Shown here one piece after another: positions 60,233 through 64,000 of a stretch of DNA of 64,000 bases. The notes beneath the pieces are model-generated. The model was given only the letters and a program-made list of their open reading frames with translations. It was not told the origin of the DNA and did not search any database. Source of the DNA: a virus (lineage: Duplodnaviria; Caudoviricetes). How positions within the stretch are numbered: the first letter of the stretch is position 1; every line of letters begins with the position of its first letter. Made by a program: the position numbers and the translations under genes. Location: the IMG/VR virus record IMGVR_UViG_3300021167_000382, positions 128,001-192,000 of that record; one strand, given 5' to 3'.

Positions 60233-60754
60233 TTATGGAATTTTGAACTCGAAAGTATGGTAGACTTCGTCCATAAGATCGTTCTGTAAGGACATGATCA
60301 CATGATCATCGTCACTCAACCAATGAGGTTTTATTCCACGTTGTCTGATACGGTCTTGAAAAACTACCGCTGTGGGGGACGGAATCATCTCAACAACGAT
60401 TTGACTGTATTGGCGAGTTAACCGAACGAAGCTTCCGGTGTAGTCACCCCATTCCTCTGCTTCTTTACAAGCTGCGACAAATTCATCATGGACCGCTGGC
60501 GACTTCCCAATAAATACCTTAGCAACAGGGATAAGTAACGTCCCGCCACAGCAATCGAAGTCTCGCACCAACGCGTTACATGAAGACTTCAGTGATTCAC
60601 GGAGAATCTCATACGCCACTCGGTCATCCCTTATGTAAGCAGGAATATCGAAATAGTAGTTCAATGGATATGCTTCTTTCTTATGCTGACTCCGGCGCCA
60701 GTAAATCACGGTCAGCAGAATGAAAAAGATCACGATAAGAAACCAGTTATTCAT
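60233..60754 (-). CDS. N-terminally membrane-anchored hypothetical protein
   Basis: WFLIVIFFILLTVIYW followed by RR. Confidence 0.65.
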   Translation of the reverse strand: MNNWFLIVIFFILLTVIYWRRSQHKKEAYPLNYYFDIPAYIRDDRVAYEILRESLKSSCNALVRDFDCCGGTLLIPVAKVFIGKSPAVHDEFVAACKEAEEWGDYTGSFVRLTRQYSQIVVEMIPSPTAVVFQDRIRQRGIKPHWLSDDDHVIMSLQNDLMDEVYHTFEFKIP

Positions 60755-60766
60755 AATGTTACTCCT

Positions 60767-61168
60767 TTAGATGACGCTCTTCTTACTGCGTCGCAGTCCG
60801 CCTCGTTCATTGAGTCGACTTAGATTAACTAAGATCTCCTCTCGAGAAGGTGACCAGTGTCCTAACCAAGATGCATCGATACCAATCGTAAGACTGTCAT
60901 CATCCGGAAAGTTCACCGCTCGCCCTCGAATAAGACACTCTCTAACCAGTGACCGATAGCGTGACCTTAACCAACCAAGTTTGTTGAAGAAGAACTTCAC
61001 GTGTCCTTTGCCAAGCACATACTGACTTGGAATCTCAATGTCCTTAGGCGTCAAGCCTCTTGATTGCACTTGACGCACGAGGTTGAAGATACGAGGGAGT
61101 TCACGATACTCAGCACCCAGATGTTTATCTAGCAAGTAGACGGGATCGATCAGGTTAATCCTTGTCAA
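60767..61168 (-). CDS. denV: Pyrimidine dimer DNA glycosylase (T4 endonuclease V)
   Basis: MTRINL...DKHLGAEYRELPRIF...YVLGKGHVKFF. Confidence 0.95.
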   Translation of the reverse strand: MTRINLIDPVYLLDKHLGAEYRELPRIFNLVRQVQSRGLTPKDIEIPSQYVLGKGHVKFFFNKLGWLRSRYRSLVRECLIRGRAVNFPDDDSLTIGIDASWLGHWSPSREEILVNLSRLNERGGLRRSKKSVI

Positions 61169-61187
61169 GGTAAGCTCCCTCTAATAA

Positions 61188-61808
61188 TCATTCAACAGGA
61201 ATATGCATGCCAGAGAGATCTAACGCTACACATCGACCGGTCTTGGTATTGAACAGAATGAGTTGCTGCGTTTGAATGTTTGAATACATCGCTATCAGAC
61301 CCGGCATGATATCAACGCCGCAGCGTTCAACGTCATAGCGGAAAGGATTCTCCCCTGGGGGGATGGATGCGATTTCTTCAACTAGAACTGCAGGAAGCTG
61401 ATCGCTTTTGATCAGGGTAACTGTCTTCTTTTGAAAGGGTGCCAAGTAGAGCAGGTCGACGATGGCGGCGATTTCCGCATCGTCCGGATTAATGATCTCG
61501 CTATGGCTACTACCACTGCGTTCAGCCAATTCGATCAGAATGCCGGAAGCATAGAAATCAAACATTCTGGAAGTCTCAGCCACTGGAAGCAATACGCCGT
61601 CGTCATTCCGAACAATCCGAGGAGAATCCAGCTTAGCGGCTTCGATACGCACCAGCCTGCTACCGGTGTCCTGATAAATAAAGAACTCCCAATCTTTCAC
61701 AACTTTATTGAAAACGATTTCATTACTAAGGAATTCTACGTCTTTTTCAACATAACCTTGACGCATGTTATTGTAGTGTTGATAGATGCCGCTAATCTTG
61801 GTTCTCAT
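61188..61808 (-). CDS. Hypothetical early protein
   Basis: 206-aa ORF with AAGGA RBS after the promoter motif. Confidence 0.65.
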   Translation of the reverse strand: MRTKISGIYQHYNNMRQGYVEKDVEFLSNEIVFNKVVKDWEFFIYQDTGSRLVRIEAAKLDSPRIVRNDDGVLLPVAETSRMFDFYASGILIELAERSGSSHSEIINPDDAEIAAIVDLLYLAPFQKKTVTLIKSDQLPAVLVEEIASIPPGENPFRYDVERCGVDIMPGLIAMYSNIQTQQLILFNTKTGRCVALDLSGMHIPVE

Positions 61809-61845
61809 TTTTAAATCCTTTTCAAGGGTAGGTTAAGGCTTCACT

Positions 61846-61859
61846 TTAAATATATGTGA
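61846..61859 (-). promoter_or_regulatory. Early promoter motif (TCACATATATTTAA)
   Basis: Consensus match; terminator at 61871-61904. Confidence 0.7.
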
Positions 61860-61903
61860 GTAAAAAAGAAACAGAGACAGCGTGGAAGTCCACGCTGTCT
61901 CTG

Positions 61904-62227
61904 TCAATCTTCACGAGGGAGCATGAGCTCTCGGCGTTTTGCTACGTTCCGATGCTTCAGGTATTCGTTAATCTTCTCGAAGGAAAACTGCCGAAGGTTC
62001 TTTGCGGTATTTCGATCCTTGAAGAGTACTTGTGTCGGCGTTACATGCGCTACCACACACTGATCCGTGTGGCGGTATTTCACCAAGAAGACATTGGACT
62101 CATCACCTGCACGCCAACGTAGTGCGCGTCGACGTACACAGAACTGACGATCACCTGTGGTGTATTGAAGAAAAACACGTGCAGCGGCTTCAAGAAAATC
62201 AAACCGCTGCATGTCTTCAGGCGACAT
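61904..62227 (-). CDS. Hypothetical protein
   Basis: 107-aa ORF overlapping the upstream gene. Confidence 0.55.
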   Translation of the reverse strand: MSPEDMQRFDFLEAAARVFLQYTTGDRQFCVRRRALRWRAGDESNVFLVKYRHTDQCVVAHVTPTQVLFKDRNTAKNLRQFSFEKINEYLKHRNVAKRRELMLPRED

Positions 62228-62729
62228 GATACTTAGCTTTCAGCTTCTTCATGATACCAGTTTCAAAGAACTTCGTTACCAACAGACGTTCAAAGTCAAT
62301 GATCGGTCCATTGCGACTACGGACCAGTTCTTGAATCTTGACAGAGCACCATGGCGTCACACGCATACCGAAGATATCGTCTTCATCATTATGTACGTGG
62401 ACAAAAGTTCCAAGCGTACTACTATCCACCTTACAGTAATCACTCAGATAGATATTGCCAATCTGGATGAAGTCTTCGGGCTTCATGCTTTGGATAGAGC
62501 GAAGTGGGTCGGCCTTGGATGTATAATAGACTTCACTGCACGATCCAAAAACAATGCTTCCCAAATTATCCGAGTGATCCACCGGTTCAAAATAGAAACA
62601 GCTGTCAGCCAGGAAACTGAGGTTTTTTGGAAGACCTTCGGCGCTGGTCAGGACGGTGCCAGTTAGGCACCGAGCTTCAGGAGCAACATCACAAGATGCA
62701 AAGTGAAACAAATGATTGGTTCTCAACAT
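62217..62729 (-). CDS. Hypothetical protein
   Basis: 170-aa ORF with AAGGA RBS. Confidence 0.6.
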   Translation of the reverse strand: MLRTNHLFHFASCDVAPEARCLTGTVLTSAEGLPKNLSFLADSCFYFEPVDHSDNLGSIVFGSCSEVYYTSKADPLRSIQSMKPEDFIQIGNIYLSDYCKVDSSTLGTFVHVHNDEDDIFGMRVTPWCSVKIQELVRSRNGPIIDFERLLVTKFFETGIMKKLKAKYHVA

Positions 62730-62755
62730 GGTAAATCCTTCAATTGAGGAGAAAA

Positions 62756-62783
62756 GAAGAGGAGAGGTCTGCCTCTCCTCTTC
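62756..62783 (-). terminator. Rho-independent terminator
   Basis: GAAGAGGAGAGG/CCTCTCCTCTTC stem followed by a U-tract on the minus strand. Confidence 0.75.
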
Positions 62784-62790
62784 GCTTTTG

Positions 62791-64000
62791 TTAAGCGGCA
62801 GCGACTTCGTTCTGAACGATACCTACCTGCACATCACGTTCCTTCACGTAATCCTTCAATGCATCCGGGTAGCTTTCAACCACCCAAGCATCTTCCGGAT
62901 CAAGGAACTTCGTGACGTCGACACCCCAGCCCTTGTAGATTTCCAAATTGGCATCGTGGGTATAGCCCAACTTGGCCGAGGCATAGTCCTTGTAGATCGG
63001 AAGATCTTCAATATGACGCCAGACCACATAGAGTTCACGCAGGAAAGCCTTGACCATATAACGTACTGCCATGTTGTGAATGTGGGCAGCTGTCAAGCCT
63101 TGATGCGATGGCTTGGTGGAGCTTTCAATCCGAGCACGGTAGTCATAATAGATCTTAGCGAACGGACCGATCTTGGTTTCGACGCTGTAACCATTAGCAC
63201 GAAGGAATGCGATCACCTGGGCTTTCTTCACAGCAGCGGACGATGACGGCGTAGCGGTCCAACCAAGGGTCTTCGCGATACCTTCACGAGCAGCCGTAGA
63301 CATCTTTTCGCCGTCCACATACGTTGCTGTCTGTTTCAGGAAGCTGCCGCCCAACACACCGATCAACTTCGTCTTCAGATAGGGATTGAAGGTGATGCTG
63401 TTACGCACTGCTTCTTCACCGCTGGCGTTGGTATACTGACGCACCACCTGAGAAACCCGGCTACGATCACGACCCTTGGTCTTGAATTCAACCGGGTAAC
63501 CATTGACTTCCATCGGAAGGCTACTATCCTTATCCCGATAGTAGGCATTAATTTCCGACATAGTCACCGTGTTCACGGTGCCCTTGTTGTCCGTGTATTC
63601 ACCGTAGATCACGGTATCCAAGCCAGCATAGGCCCAAAGATTACGAACGTACTTGGTTTGGTAGATGTCGATTTCAGAAATGATCACACCGGCAATCTTC
63701 GGACCAACCCCAGCGATCTTCTGCAAGTAGTAGGTGTAGATCGGATATTCGTCCAATGCATATTCCAGCTGGCCGATGTTGATTTCTTCGTTATCCACCA
63801 AGCGGAGATACTGGTCCACCAGCAGCAACTCAGAATAGCTATTGATCAAGTTACTGGGCTGGAATTTCTTCGGTGTCGGAAGATTACCGGCCTTACCCTT
63901 CTTGTAGTTGTTCTCGATGACTTCGTCCGTGATACGCTTGTATTCACTTTTGACAGCATCCAAGGCGACGGCGTATTCCTTCTCCAACTTCTCCTGATCA
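62791..64000 (-). CDS. IS110/IS116-related (Nop-domain, Tas-like) protein, probably 5'-truncated by the window edge
   Basis: LQKIAGVGPKIAGVIISEID...LWAYAGLD...FNPYLKTKL...YYDYRAR...HIHNMAVRYMVKAFLRELYVVWR; frame open to position 64000. Confidence 0.7.
   Translation of the reverse strand, partial: DQEKLEKEYAVALDAVKSEYKRITDEVIENNYKKGKAGNLPTPKKFQPSNLINSYSELLLVDQYLRLVDNEEINIGQLEYALDEYPIYTYYLQKIAGVGPKIAGVIISEIDIYQTKYVRNLWAYAGLDTVIYGEYTDNKGTVNTVTMSEINAYYRDKDSSLPMEVNGYPVEFKTKGRDRSRVSQVVRQYTNASGEEAVRNSITFNPYLKTKLIGVLGGSFLKQTATYVDGEKMSTAAREGIAKTLGWTATPSSSAAVKKAQVIAFLRANGYSVETKIGPFAKIYYDYRARIESSTKPSHQGLTAAHIHNMAVRYMVKAFLRELYVVWRHIEDLPIYKDYASAKLGYTHDANLEIYKGWGVDVTKFLDPEDAWVVESYPDALKDYVKERDVQVGIVQNEVAAA

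Noticed and set aside
62716-64000. Active IS110 insertion element
   Set aside because: No element ends, second copy or catalytic domain visible; treated as a domesticated or Tas-like gene pending the upstream sequence

Overview
64-kb segment of a phiKZ-like jumbo bacteriophage (Chimalliviridae-type gene content), mostly on the minus strand. It carries: (i) the conserved UvsX - head protein - RNase H - virion protein - SbcC - tail spike block; (ii) a variable tail-fibre/accessory virion cluster (10.2-17.1 kb) followed by conserved virion genes; (iii) the core non-virion RNA polymerase block (SF2 helicase, beta' C-part, beta C-part, phiKZ gp70/gp69(PicA)/gp68/gp67-like genes, SbcD, beta' N-part); (iv) nucleotide and repair accessories (NAD ligase, Tmk, degenerate ThyA, Dcd, DHH, MazG, Nudix, DarG-like macrodomain, DUF4326-NADAR-SLOG fusion, DenV); (v) an IS110/Nop-domain (Tas-like) gene cut by the window edge. 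Most notable observations: three ORF-less group I introns split the catalytic NADYDGD motif of the beta' N-part across three exons, including a 12-nt micro-exon, and one intron apparently ends in A rather than G; a small ORF is sandwiched between two highly structured non-coding tracts in its own early transcription unit (22.4-23.35 kb); three adjacent core genes all end in I-Q-x-V; no chimallin-sized gene sits at its usual position upstream of beta'; and there are two apparent pseudo-enzymes. phiKZ gp-number assignments come from remembered motifs and synteny, not from database searches.
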